Part shown: positions 13,600-26,540 of the stretch, piece after piece
Position numbering within the stretch: the first letter of the stretch is position 1
Layout of the letters: each line of letters starts with the position of its first letter
DNA from: Takakia lepidozioides
Taxonomy: Eukaryota; Plantae; Bryophyta
Length of the DNA: 64,000 nucleotides
Assembly: GCA_030704615.1 (NCBI GenBank)
Contig: CM060732.1
Coordinates: 51,088,001-51,152,000, forward strand
Direction: 5' to 3'
Notes under the pieces: model-generated
What the model was told of the DNA's origin: nothing
Database searches by the model: none
The model's input: only the letters and a program-made list of their open reading frames with translations
Position numbers and translations under genes: made by a program

Positions 13600-15410
13600 T
13601 GTAGTGTAGGTCTCCAAGTCCTCCATCCCACGCCCTGCTGTGCATATCCTTCAAGCATCACGTTCCACGACGACAAATCTCGTTCAGCCATATTGTTGAA
13701 CACTCCCTCTGCATCCTCAATGCTCCCGCATTTGGCATACATGTCCACCAGGGCAGTGTTCAAGATCACACCTGGTACAGTTCCAGCTTTGGCGATGCAA
13801 CCATGCACCTCTTTGCCCTTTTCCAGGGCTGCCAGGCTTGCACATGCATTGCAAACGCACACAAACGTGATGTGGTCGGGCTTCACCCATTCCCCCATCA
13901 TTTGCTCATAGGTCTCCAAAGCCTCCATCCCACGCCCCTGCTGTGCATACCCTGCAAGCATCGCGTTCCACAACACCACATCTTGTTCAGCCATTTGAAA
14001 ACTCCCTTCGCATCCTTCATGCAGCCACATTTGGCATACATGTCCACCAGGGCAGTGTTCAGGATGACATCTGTTACAAATCCAGCTTTGATGATGTCAC
14101 CATGGACCTCTTTCCCCTTTTCCAGAGCTCCTAGGCTTGCACACGCATTGCAAACACAAACAAATGTGTTGCGGTTGGGCTTCACCATTTCGCACATCAA
14201 TTGCTCATAGGTCTCCAAAGCCTCCATCCCGCATCCTTGCTGTGCATATCCTGCAATCATCGCACTCCACGACACCACATCTCATTCAGCCATACTGTCG
14301 AACACTCCCTTTGCATCCTCGATGCACTCACATTTGACATACATGTCCAGCAGGGCAGTGTTCAGAATGACATCGGGTACAATTCCAGATTTGACGGTGT
14401 CACCATGGACCTCTGTGCACCTTTCCAGGGCTGCCAGGCTTGCACACGCATTGCCAATGCAAACAAACGTTATGCGGTTGGGCTTCGCCCCTTCGCACAT
14501 CATTTGCTCAGAGATCTCCAAAGCCTCCATCTCGTGCCCTTGCTGTGCATATCCTGCAATCATCTCACTCCACGACACCACATCTCATTCAGCCATACTG
14601 TCAAACACTCCCTTCATACATGTCCATGAGGGTATTGTTCAGAATGACATTTGGTACAATTGCAGCTCTGACAATGTCGCCATGGACCTCTTTCGCCCTT
14701 TTCCAGAGCTGTCAGGCTTGCACACGCATCGCAAATGCACACAAATGTGATGTGGTAGGGCTTCACCCCTTCCCCCATCATTTGATCATACGTCTCCAAA
14801 GCCTTCATACCATGTCCTTGCTGTGCATACCCTGCAAATATCGTCTTCCATGACACCATCTCGTTCAGCCATAGTGTTGAAAACTCCCTTCGCATCCTTA
14901 ATGCACCCACATTTGGCATACATGTCCACCAGGGCAGTGTTTAGAATGACATCTGGTACAATTCCAGCTTTGACGATGTCACCATGGACCTTTTTCCCCT
15001 TTTCCAGAGCTCCCAGGTTTGACATGTTGACAAGGGTCTTGAGGAGAAAAATACTTGGCGTGAATCCACTTTGGATAATGTGAGTGTGCACATGCTTTCC
15101 AGCTTCCAGACCTTTCATCTTGATGCACTTAAGCAAGAGACAGACAAACGTATCTGAATCTGCTGAAATGCCTCCTACATTTGGCATACATGTCCACGAG
15201 GGTATTGTTCAAAATAACATCTGGTACAATTCCTGCTTTCGCGATGCAACCATGCACCTCTTTGCCATTTTCTAGGGCTGCCAGGCTTGCAAACGCACAG
15301 ACGTGATGTGGTCGGGCTTCACCCCTTCCACCATCATTTACTCGTAGGTCTCCAAAGTCTTGCTTACATCCTGCAATTATTGCAGTCCAAGAGACCACAT
15401 CTCATGTTGA
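13600..15410 (-). pseudogene. PLS-class PPR pseudogene (many frameshifts and stops), right arm
   Basis: Fragmented ORFs at 13506-14030, 13898-14278, 14282-14581, 14614-14919, 14786-15187 and 15129-15398 carry VVSWxAMIAGYAQQG and NTALVDMYAKCG repeats. Confidence 0.92.
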
Positions 15411-16100
15411 TCCACAGGGAATTACAGGTAATCTTGTGCTTGAAATCTGGACCTCTTGGATAAATCTGGACCCATATTCTATCCTTGCTTCAGCTATCCA
15501 TGCCTCTGCACAAATCATGCATTCATCCTTGCCTCACTGCTAGCAGCTGACAATGGCAGCCTAGATTTGTTCTAGGAAACACCCAGTTGACCATCTACCC
15601 ACGCAGGTTTTAGCTATCTGTCCACAGGGAATCATAGGTAATCTTGAGCTTGAAATCCGGCCCTCTTGGATGAATCTGGACCCAAACTCTATCCCTGCTC
15701 TGCACAAATCATGCATACATCCTTGCCTTGCCGCTAGCAGCTGACAATGACAGCCTAGATTTGTTCTAGCAAACACCGCAACCCTAATTATCACACTAGT
15801 TCCTATGCTGACTTACGGTTCCAACAGGCATTCACCTTTTTGCCTCGATTGTTCCACCCTTGACTGCGGTCAGAAACACATTCATTCCAGAGCTTCTCCT
15901 CGCCACTGTTATCTGCTCTTCGACCCTTTCCTGTTGCCACATTGGCAGTAAAATGTCAAAATCACTCCAAAACCACCATAGATCCACCAACGAGCTAACT
16001 TGCAGAATTCAACATGAAAATTTAGGGACGACTCTGATTACACGGAAAAACATGCTGAAATGTGTTGGAGAAGGTGCCTTCATTATACCCACATTGCCAC
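15410..16100 (-). pseudogene. OSB-type WDNR/PDF motif exons upstream of the PPR pseudogene
   Basis: EEKLWNECVSDRSQGWNNRGKK|gt (~15835-15900), HPRGPDFKLKITYDSLW (~15622-15672), YPRGPDFKHKIT (~15428-15463). These are reverse-complement homologues of 10600-10940 and 12030-12960. Confidence 0.8.
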
Positions 16101-16489
16101 CAATATCCTTTGAAGTGTCCAGGCCATCAATCACTTCTTGATTGTAGCCCAATGCATGCTTGAGATCAACAGAGTAGAGAGAAAATACATATGAAATTCC
16201 ACCGCAGGCTTGCATCCTCATGCCAAGACACAACCCTAACCACTTGCGTTCAGAAATTTCTTTACCTCGACCCCCTCATTTCTCAAATAGGCTATCACCC
16301 ACTATAGCTTGATTGTCAGGTCTCTGGCATCATCTGTAAATAGAATGCTGACTGTGCGCATACATTTGCCTACACTTCAGCTTGTCTAGTTTGAGCAACG
16401 TTTCACCTGTGGCCCAAGACAGAGAAAAAAGACACAATTTTGTTGTTGCTGCCAAGGAGAAGATATAATCCAGGTTAAATTGAACCAAC

Positions 16490-17060
16490 CTGAACAGTGT
16501 CGATGTCCATAGTAAGTGGGGCATTTCCACATGGAGTGTGTCGACCAGAGAAGGGAGTACAACTATAAAAACTAACTCCTCGTTCTTAAACAGAGCCTCC
16601 ACATCAAACTCCTTGCTCCAGTCAGCTACAATTGCAGATTTGGCATGCTCACTGACCTCCCGCACAGATGGCCCACTGTGTAGTACGGGATTTTTCCTGC
16701 CATTGAAACAGGATAAATGAATGTCAGTTCCAAGAATCTTCTCGAAGGGTAACCAAAGTAACTGTGGATTCTTGGCTTGCATTTGAAACATATATAAGTG
16801 GTTTTACTATAAAATGAATTGTACGTGTATCCCAAGTAATGCTGAAGATGTTGTGCTAGGTTAGATAGGACTGAGACCTTCATTCCAGTCGTGAAGCACA
16901 ATATGTGCAATTGCAACAGTGTCACCCACTCCCCCCCTTTTTGAGCTTTCCACGCACCATAGCCAAATTTTGCAAGAACTCATCAACATACGGTTGAACT
17001 TGGCAACCTTGTAAATTGACATCAGCTTCTCCACAGGACACAATTGCAATATCTGCTTCA
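16490..17060 (-). pseudogene. Two-exon fragment of a nucleostemin/GNL3-like GTPase (NSN1-like), frameshifted. Exons ~17060-16878 and 16696-16490
   Basis: VKQILQLCP..LMSIYKV..VRGKLKKGG..IVLHDWNEG | KIPYYT..AIVADWSKEFDVEALF matches the nucleostemin C-terminal region as I recall it. The intron is retained. Confidence 0.75.
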
Positions 17061-17644
17061 CTGTCAAAAAAAAAAAAACCAACTTGTGGTCAAATAGAGT
17101 TGATGGATGTGTTTTCATCCCCCATTGCTGGAAATTCTAATATTGGTGACCATTTATATCTCTGCCTCTTGTGTGTGCTGCTTGTGTTTGTAGTTAGGTG
17201 ATGTCGGATTGGTCTGTGAGAACCACCACGGTGTAGCTGAGCAGGCAGAGATGGAAACACGACCTGCTAAGACCAAGCTGACTCTCCCAAGAACCTTGTA
17301 AACATCAGGAAGAATACCCAATCATGGTACTAACAGGAGCCAAGAGCCCACATTTGCATCTACGATGGGTGTGTGAAACAAATCCCTCCGCACTCCACAA
17401 ATCATGCATACACCCTCGCCTTGCCTCGATTGTTCCACAAATCCCTCCGCGCTACAGAAATCACGCATACACCCTCGCCTTGCCTCGATGCTTCTTGCCT
17501 CGATGCTTCTCGCCTCGATGCTTTATCGGTGTGTGAAACCCGTCAGCGTTCAAGCCATCATCATCATCACTTCCCCGCGCTGCCGGTTATTTTTGGGCAT
17601 TTGGGGCAGGTTCCAAGGAAATTGACGACGATGACCTGGCTATG

Positions 17645-17697
17645 ATGACGTGTCTATGATGATGTGGCGACGAAACGTGGCGACGATGACGTGGCAC
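17645..17697. promoter_or_regulatory. Cluster of ACGTG (G-box/ABRE-like) motifs upstream of the CREG1-like gene
   Basis: TGACGTGTC, AACGTGGC and GACGTGGC occur within ~50 bp, about 240-290 bp before the ATG. Confidence 0.35.
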
Positions 17698-17935
17698 TAT
17701 GGCACCCTATTCCTGCTCTACGCTAAACTAGCTTCCGACCTTCGGTCGTCGCTAGAATGATGAATGTTGTCGAATGGATGGGCCAGACGGGTCTTTCTTA
17801 TGGATGACTGGGCCTTTTCTGCGCGTTTCGTTCAAACGGGTTTGCGTGTGGCTTCCCTCCGGGACGTGTGTTTCGCAGATGCAGATGCGAGACGAGGGAG
17901 TCTCGCACTCAGAAGCGACCAGCAAATTTGTGGCT

Positions 17936-20558
17936 ATGGATCTGAGAGGAGTGGTGGTGCTGCTGGTGGTCCTTATGGCATCGGCAGGCGTGCAATCTGC
18001 TGCGGCGGCGGGCCGCCCGGACCCCTCGGATGCTCCTGGCATGGCTCGGTGGCTGGTTTCTTTCAACGACTGGGGAGTTCTTAGGTGAGCCTCCACTCTG
18101 TGTTTTGACCGAGTTTGTTTCTGTCTTTCTCCCATGGAGTTGAATGTAGGCAATTCATCAGCCCTTGCTTCAGTAATTTCAAGATACCTATCGTCAGGGA
18201 GAGATGTGAACTACACTGGAATGAGAGACAAGTGGTGATTTTGCATGGAAACGTTCGAAAATGGAAAAATGATTATGGGTAAGTCTCATTAGCCATACTG
18301 GTTACGGCAATTTCAGATTTCGGATCAGACGATCATCCCCCACTGAATAGGTACTCAAGATTTACGGAGACCCGACAAGTTTGTCCCTGTTGAATTCTAG
18401 GGTCTGAGGCCTGCTGCACGAATTTTCGAAATTGTGATGGCTAGAAGGCAGTAACCAAGATACTAGAAGGGACAATTGGCAAGTCGAAGAGTTCTTGCGG
18501 TATAGAGAATCACGGGTCAATTATCACTCGTTTGCAACTTGTGAGATCCATTATCACGGTTCGGTCAACGAATCATGACATGAGCGACAGACTCTATACA
18601 GAGGCTCCGTGGAAGCTTATGAGTGTGGATTTCGGACGGGATTCCAAACGGTGCTTTGTGAGTGAAGAATGATAGACGCAAGCACAATGGTCTAACAACG
18701 GCTGTCTGTGGGTGTCTTGGCAGCACAATCTCCGTCCACCTGGGAGGATCACCTTGGGGGTAGGCCTCACTTTCCGCCAATTGCTCTGCACATGTTCTTC
18801 GGTTCTAGTGAGTGTCCAAATTGTTTCTCCTTAACAATATATGCATTATAGCATGCAATCTCTTCTTAGTTGTCAACACTATTTGCATACTTGCTAGCTT
18901 TTAATTGATAATCTGATTGGCATGAAGCAGGGTAGCCATAGTTGTCCTGGTTAGTAGTTGTAGGTGTCAACAATCTGTGGGGTTTTCTGCACATGTTCTT
19001 CCTTTCTATCGAGTTTCAAAATCGTTTCTGCTTAACAATACATGCCACATAGCGTGCAATCTCTTCTTAGTTGTCAACAGTATGTGCATACTTGCGAGAT
19101 TTTAATTTATAATCTGGTTGGCATCAAGCAGGGTAGCCGTAGTCTTCCTGGTGAGTAGTTATGAGGTGTCAACGATCCATGGGGTTTGCACATCCTTCAA
19201 TTTGGACGTACTAGGTTTTTTATTTTTCAAGGGTGTTAGGGTGCTTTACACGATTAATTTCAGCCAAATGTGTTGTTGTATCTAGTCCAACTGAAGAGGG
19301 TTCTTTGACAGAAGACGTGGGTTCCCTGTTTGGCAGGAACATTGCATCCTTCAGTGATGGACCACCAGGCAATTCATCAGGGACTATTTTCTTCTACCTC
19401 TCAAAACTGGACCCCACACCAAATGATTTGGATCTTGACCCCCGCTGCTCCTTCTCACTAAGCGAGTCACCCCTTGGCACCTGTGGTGGCACTGACGCGG
19501 AGAATCCAACTTGTGCACGCCTCACTCTCACGGGCAAGGTCTGTTCACAAGCTGTTTATAACATAGATTGTCCATTTTCAATTCCAGGTTTTATTCTCTT
19601 CAGTTTATTCTTAGAAATTTGTAATTCAAAGATCTTCTCTTTTCCCTTGGGTGTGGTGGTCTCTTTTATTCAGTTACCTCAGCTCAAATGTAAGTCTCGA
19701 ATTTATTCTGCAAGTTGGCATGGACATATCATTTCTTACATGAAGCATATCAGTGCAAACGAGCAGTATAGGACTAAACGGATTCATGAGGGTCTGACAT
19801 GTATGTTCATGGTCCTTTTGAGACAGCTTTGAATATTCATAGTGGAGCACTCATCACCTTCGTAGATTAAAATTAATGTCAGTGAGCTACCAACAGAGTT
19901 CCCTTGCCGGTGCCCCACGGCAAGCAGAACAACTTTCTGCTTGGAGGGCACTCTGGACGCTACAGAAGTTCTGTCAGTAGCATGAGAGAATTCTGATTAT
20001 CTCTTGTGGGGAGTGAAGTTGGTAACGTTCTTTATATTAAGTGGGCTATAACAAGAGGTTATTCAACATGATTGACAATAGTTTGTGTTTACTGCAGATG
20101 GAGGAAGTCACCAGCGAAGAAGAGTTAGACTTTGCAGCTACAGCTCTCTTCACCAAGCATCCTGAAATGCAAGGTAAGTAATGTGACCCTGATTCTGGGT
20201 TTACTCTGATTCAGGTATTGTAACCACTTGAGCGTTGGTTGGTTTCTGTATGTTCTCTGTCCATGTATGGTTTTCTTTCTGAATTTCACCCTTACTCTCA
20301 GCCTTAACACTATGGATGTCAAAGGAGCCTGGATTCGTCTGGCGTTGTCGGGACCGTATCTGCAGTCCTGTCAGACCCAACAATTTTGACCCCTGACTGT
20401 CTTCCGCAGGTTGGCCCAAGTGGCACCACTTCATCTTCTACAAGCTGGTTATCACGGACATTTTCCTCATCGATAATTATGGGGGTGCTAAACCACTCAC
20501 TGTAGAAGAGTATTACAACGGATCAACAGGAATACAAGTGCCCCTCATGGTTCTTTAA
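17936..20558 (+). CDS. CREG1: CREG1-like secreted protein (pyridoxamine 5'-phosphate oxidase-like fold). Exons 17936-18084, 18724-18759, 19337-19538, 20098-20173, 20410-20558
   Basis: Signal peptide, then ARWLVSFNDWGVLSTISVHLGGSPWGNIASFSDG, YLSKLDPT, DAENPTCARLTLTGK, LFTKHPEMQGWPKWHHF and DNYGGAKPL. Splice phases are consistent. Confidence 0.92.
18786..19190. repeat. ~200-bp tandem duplication in CREG1 intron 2
   Basis: tctgcacatgttcttc... starts at 18786 and again at 18986. Confidence 0.85.
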
Positions 20559-22372
20559 GCCCTGAAATTTATGTAGGTTCTATCAAAGACTTGTGCAGCA
20601 ATAAGGCAACATTGACAGGATGCCTGTAGATAAGATCGGTTGAAGTTGTATTCTAGTCGTACAAAAGGCAACTCATTGGAATCCCAAAGCCGTCTGGTGT
20701 TAGTTTAGTGCCCGGTTTCAGGGACTCTCTTCCTTGGCAGTTCCCAAGGTTGTCCATCTCCCCAGTGACTAGTTCCTGCCAGCCCCATTAGATTGTTTCT
20801 TTTCCTTAGGTGGGTTTGCTGAACACTAGGGTTGATTAGACACCCTTTGGTTCCAAACTGTATATAAATGTATATTCCTCGCCCGTCAATGGAACATTCC
20901 TGTTCCTCTATGTGAAGACTTGTTTGTGACTTCTTCACTCCCAGCTCCGGCCATCACACTCAACAGGCCGAAGCATACATGTTTGGGATGCACACGCCTA
21001 CCCTGTCACTGCTGAGCATGCAAAGCTCAAACTAGAAGACAAACTGAACGGTATGAAGTATGAAGCTGCCGCCACTCGCCTGCTTTTCTAATATTTGCAC
21101 CAAAGAATGTTTCCTGATTGCGACTTCACTCCTCATTTGTGCAATCAATTGCAGTCGCTTTACGTTTTTATTACTCGGCACGCTTGTGCTACATCCACAC
21201 GCCTCAGCTCAATCAGCTTTATCCTGCAATCAACACCCATCCATTAACGCCAACCTGCCTCCCCTCTCATTGGCCACTCGCGATTCCCGTGGGGCCCTTC
21301 TCCCAAGGGAACGCTCACAGGCTTTGAACCCGACACCTATCGACAGTGGCCCTACGGATGAACATTGGGCCAACAGACTTTAAATAAATAAGAATATAAA
21401 TAGATAAATAAATTGAAGAGCGGCTCCCTAAATGGCTGCATGAAGCGAGGGTCCATGTGCCATACCGAAAGAGAGAAAGACGGGCACGCAAGGACCACAG
21501 ATCCCAAGAATAGGGAGGGCTCATCGTTAGCACTCCCATTTATATCATTCCCTACATGAGCGCCGCCTGGGCTGTGCCTCAACGTGCAACCAGATCTGGG
21601 AGTGGTTCCCGGGTTCGACATCGGGATCGGTGACCTGGCAGGGGGGTGAGAGCTGGAAGTACCTGTAGGGAGGAACTTTGGTGCAGTGACGCGGCGGGGC
21701 AGGCGGGGTTGCTTTTGTACAGGGGTCGCCGGTTTGGAAGCAAGATAGCGGGGAATGACGCGGCGACACATGGTGGGAGGGCAGGCGGAGAAGATAGAGG
21801 CGCGAGAAAGGATGGCAGGCACGGGGAAGAATAATGAGGGTGACGTGAGTCGGTGCGGGGGGGCTATCCTGGCGATGCGGTGGCCCAACCCTGGCGAGCT
21901 CTTCACGCGGCCTGCCGTGCTCTCGCACCTCGTCCCATGCTGCACTGCACAGGCAGCATGCCAGCAGGGAGGGGAAAGTCAGAGGCTTTGTTTGCTTGCA
22001 GACGGCTCTTGCGTCTTGTCGCGCTACGGTACGCTCCACTCCACTGCCTCTCTTTTCTGTGGATTTGAAGCACCTATTACATAAGTAGTTCCCCCGTGCA
22101 AGAGCAGCTTGATTGATATGTGTGAAGCATCTGGTGTGTATGTCGGCCGGGTTGCGGTGGTTGAGTCGGGCACTTTGGCATCCCTTCTTCTGGCTGTGCT
22201 TGTGTCTGTGTATCAGGCCGGCTGTAATTGTAGTATAGGGGATGGACGGCTGCAGGAGGGAGGACGGAACGTGGCTTGACTTGCTTGCCGCTGAACAGGC
22301 TGCCTTATCCAAAAGCTTGGACGTGGAAAGGAAGGCGCGTGACTTGTGACTAGAGATACTGAGCGGTGGTAT

Positions 22373-22740
22373 CGTGTTTCAGCTGTGGAAGCTGATTGTA
22401 GACAGGCGGTGTCGAAGGGGGAAGTTGGAGGAGCAGAGTGAAACAGGCTCGCGTCTTTGATGTAGCAAATTTACAACTGACTGAATAGCGTAGAGCTTGC
22501 GGCGTTTTCGCGCTTCTCCCTGTGTTTGCAGTGTGAGGTAGGGGAGTACAAGTCTGGTTTCGTATTTCAGCTGTGGAAGCTGATTGTAGACAGGTGGTGT
22601 GGAAGAAAGTTGGAGGCGCGTAGTGAAATATGCTCGCGTCTTTGATGTAGGAAATTAACAACTGATTAGTTTAGAGCTTGCAGCGTTTTCCCCTTCTCCC
22701 TGTGTTTTCAGTGTGAGGTAGGGAGTAGAACTCTGGTCTC
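22373..22740. repeat. ~190-bp tandem duplication upstream of the CRY ATG (probable 5'UTR intron)
   Basis: tttcagctgtggaagctgattgtagacagg occurs at ~22377 and ~22565. Confidence 0.85.
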
Positions 22741-22940
22741 TTATGTAATTTGTACTGGTTCGTGTTTGCAAGAGAACAGTACAGCAAGTGTGACTTCAGG
22801 ACATGCCTTGTCTCGAAGAGCTACTATCCAGCCTCGCTACTCTTCACACGTTTTATGTGGATGCTATTTTTTCGTAGAATTTTGACCTTTGATTACGCAA
22901 CACCAGAAACAGTTTATTGGGAAGAGCGGGATCACTACAT

Positions 22941-25900
22941 ATGGCAAGAGCATGTACCATTGTTTGGTTTAGGAGAGATCTCCGTTTGGCGGACAACCCG
23001 GCACTAGTGGCTGCTGCCAGAGCGGGGACCGTGATTCCGGTTTTCATATGGTCTCCCTCCGAGGATGGACAGTTTCATCCAGGTCGTGTCTCAAGATGGT
23101 GGTTGAAGCAGAGTCTGATCCACTTGGATCTGTCCTTGAGGAGTTTAGGCTCTCCTCTAATTATGAGGAAGGCGCACGATACGTTAAACGTTCTTTTAGA
23201 GATTGTTCAAGCTACTGGAGCAACCCAGGTTTTCTACAATCATCTGTACGGTGAGCCTCCTCAGTAAAACTTTTACTTTGCTGCAGCTTCACTCAGGGCT
23301 CAAGAGTTGTGTTGAAAGGGAGGTTGACTAGATATGAGTATCCAGGTCTTGTTGTGTCGATGCAGTTTGAAGTGTAGCAGAATCTTTGGTGGAGGAGTAG
23401 AGACTGACTTTCATTCGCTGTAGCGTGGTGCACGTCAGAGACGCTTGCGAATTGTTTCACTGGCAGCACGTCATTTCTGGTCAGCCGGCTTTTGGATGAT
23501 CTAAGCCGGAATTTGTAATCGTGTTGTGTTGGCAGACCCGGTGTCGCTTGTCCGGGATCATCGAGTGAAGCAAGGGTTGTCTCACCATGGAATTTCTGTC
23601 CATACATTCAATGGAGATTTGCTGTACGAACCCTGGGAGGTTTATGATGATGAAGGGCAGGCGTTTACCACCTACAACGCTTTCTGGCAAAAGTGTCTGA
23701 ACATGCTCTACGAGCCTGAAGCGCCACTTCTACCTCCAAGGCAGTTAGTGGGACCTCTAGGTGAGCTTATGTGGGTGTGCTATCAAGTTGGCTAAGGACG
23801 TGATATGGTTTCCTGTCTTTCAAGCTGGACCTATCCAACTTATTTTTTCTGGATGCTTTGCTGATAAGCAAGGTTGCTTTTTGTATTTGATTTCAAAGAA
23901 TTCACTTGCTACAATCATCAATTTGTGGATACACTTTTTATTTTTTCCCTCGGTGATGTCATGCTACAATCCACATTCTTCCCCAAAATTAAGTACTCCT
24001 AATTAAATTCTATCTGTGTGGAGGATGTCTCCTGAAATCTTCTATGGTCTATCAGATTGTCCTTGTTCTGTTGAGTGATAGAGCATATATTTCTCTCCTT
24101 CTCTTCTTTCACATCACCTCCTGCTTGACCCTCTATGGAGTTTTTCCTTGTGCTTCGAATCTCTGAAGGTTCTAGTTTTGTGTCAGTGTAGACTTATTTC
24201 TCAGCACTTGAAGGATTTTGTATGTTCAGTCTGAAGAAAGTGGAGTTGCTGATCCTCACTTTTTGTGTCAGGCAAACTGTTGAGCTGTTCAGCTGAGGAG
24301 CTAGGGCTCGAAGATGCTAGCGAGAAGGGCAGCAACTCTCTTCTAGCTCGGGCATGGACTCCAGGGTGGGTTTTCGCAAATAAAGCTGTGGAGACGTTTC
24401 TCCAGGGTCCTTTGCTTGATTATGCAACGAGCAGGCAAAAGGCAGACAGTGCCACAACTTCACTGCTATCTCCCCACCTCCATTTTGGGGAGCTGAGTGT
24501 GCGCAAACTGTTTCATGACGTCCGCATCAAACAGGTAGCCTGGGCTCGGGAGGGCAGCACTGTGGGTGACCAGAGTGCAAACTTGTTTCTGAGGGCTATT
24601 GGTTTTAGAGAATACTCGAGATACCTCTGTTTCAACTTCCCTTTCACACATGAGAGGTCACTTCTTGCCAACTTGAAATCATTCCCCTGGCGGGTGGATG
24701 AGGGTTACTTCAAGGCGTGGAGACAAGGGCGCACAGGATATCCTTTGGTGGATGCGGGGATGCGGGAGCTTTGGGCAACAGGCTGGTTGCACAATCGTAT
24801 ACGCATTGTGGTTTCTAGCTTCTGTGTGAAGTTTTTGCAGCTACCTTGGAGGTGGGGGATGAAGTACTTCTGGGACACCCTTTTGGATGCAGATTTAGAG
24901 TGCGATGTTCTTGGTTGGCAATATATTTCAGGAAGTCTGCCAGATGGCCACGAGCTGGATAGGATGGAAAATCCCCAGGTATGATAAAGTTAGTTCTTTC
25001 AAGTTTCATCTTTGTGGTAGGCCCAGACGTTCTTGTGGTACTAGGCCTGGAGAATAGGGAGTAGAAATACTATGGACTCATTCTGTCCTCCAGCTGCTGG
25101 TCTTGATATACTCTAGTGTGACACAGAGACCTTGCCCCAGTTCAACTTGGATTGCTCATGCGAGGGTCCTGTGCGAGAGCCTTGGTATGAAAACCCGAAC
25201 AGTTTTTCTTGGTCAATAATCAAGTGATTTCAAGTTCCAACTTTTGTGGGAGCCCCAGAGGTTCTTGTGGTAGTAAGCCTGGAGAAGAGAGTGATATTAA
25301 TCACATGAGTTGATCTGTTTCTGTCCCAGATTGAAGGATATAAGTTTGATCCAGAGGGAGAGTATGTTCGACGGTGGTTGCCAGAACTCGCTAGATTGCC
25401 GACTGAGTGGATCCACCATCCATGGGATGCTTCTGCAAGCGTGCTTCGGGCTGCAGGAATTGAGCTAGGAGCAAATTATCCCAGGCCAATTGTGGAGGTT
25501 GCAGCTGCCAAAGAGCGGTTGCAAGCATCACTAACAGAGATGTGGGAGAGAGAGGCGTCTTTGAAAGCTATACTGGCCAATGGGATGGAAGAGGGATTAG
25601 GAGAAACACTCGAAGTGCCAGGCACAGGGGGCCCCCTACATGAAAGAATGGATGTACACAGGGTGGTTGTCAGGGCCAAATCAGGAAGTTCTAACCGAGA
25701 TCAGCTGGTACCAACCATGCCAACGGAATCCCAACGGAAGGCAGCTGCGTCCATTCTACACCAAGATAATCCTTCTGTTGAGGACTCTGACCAAGCCACA
25801 CTGTCCCTGCCTCCCCCATCTCCCACGGAGTCCATAAATGGGGTTCATGGTAGCAACCCACTCGCCAGTCAGGGATTACCAGAGAGGCTGATGTTTACTC

Positions 25901-26540
25901 GGCCTGTGCAAGGCCTGGATGGTGATTTGGACTCAACAGCTGAATCCACATCAGGACGGCCTGCTGAGAGTGCAGGTGGGACTGTTCCAGTCTGGCCGCA
26001 ATCTATTGCAGGTCGACTGCAGCCTCACATCCCAGAGGAAGGTCTTGTGCCAGTTGTTCCAGAGGTGCGCTGTGGGGGTATATCCAGAAGGCATATGCAG
26101 TGTGCTGTTCAGGTGGTGAATTTGCAGGCCATGGCTTCCAACAAGGTGAGACTCAGATAAAGGACTCCGATTAATGAGTTCTAAAAGAATGTCAGAGGGT
26201 ACCTCAGGCCATGGGCAATGAACTAACAGTGGTAATTCTGATGGGATAAGTTTTGTGACTGTTGTGGCATCAACTAATTCACTTCCAGAGTTTTGATGAT
26301 GTTGAGTTCGTGCATGGAACATGATTATGATGTGATTGTCTTGTGTCAGCAATTAGCCTGGCATCCATACTTGACTGAGGACTAGAGCTGAGTGGCATGT
26401 TTCTGGGTCGCTGTGAGGGGTGTGTGTAAGGGGTCTTCTTAAAATTTCTACAGAATGGGGGTTTTGTGCTTGTCTATGGTGCAGACAAGCTCACTCTCGG
26501 CTTAGATTGTTCAAATATCCAAGGTGGAGCTGGAAGAGTG
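22941..26540 (+). CDS. CRY1: Plant cryptochrome (blue-light receptor). Exons 22941-23250, 23536-23760, 24272-24978, 25330-26145, plus a short uncertain last exon (~26485-26540)
   Basis: CTIVWFRRDLRLADNPAL, SLLSPHLHFGELSVR, WRQGRTGYPLVDAGMRELW. The C-terminal DAS elements DQLVP, STAES and GGTVPVW are present. Confidence 0.95.

Noticed and set aside
21352-22312. Long GC-rich ORFs (197 and 255 aa, minus strand)
   Set aside because: No recognisable domain; they are most simply the antisense of the GC-rich CRY promoter/5'UTR.
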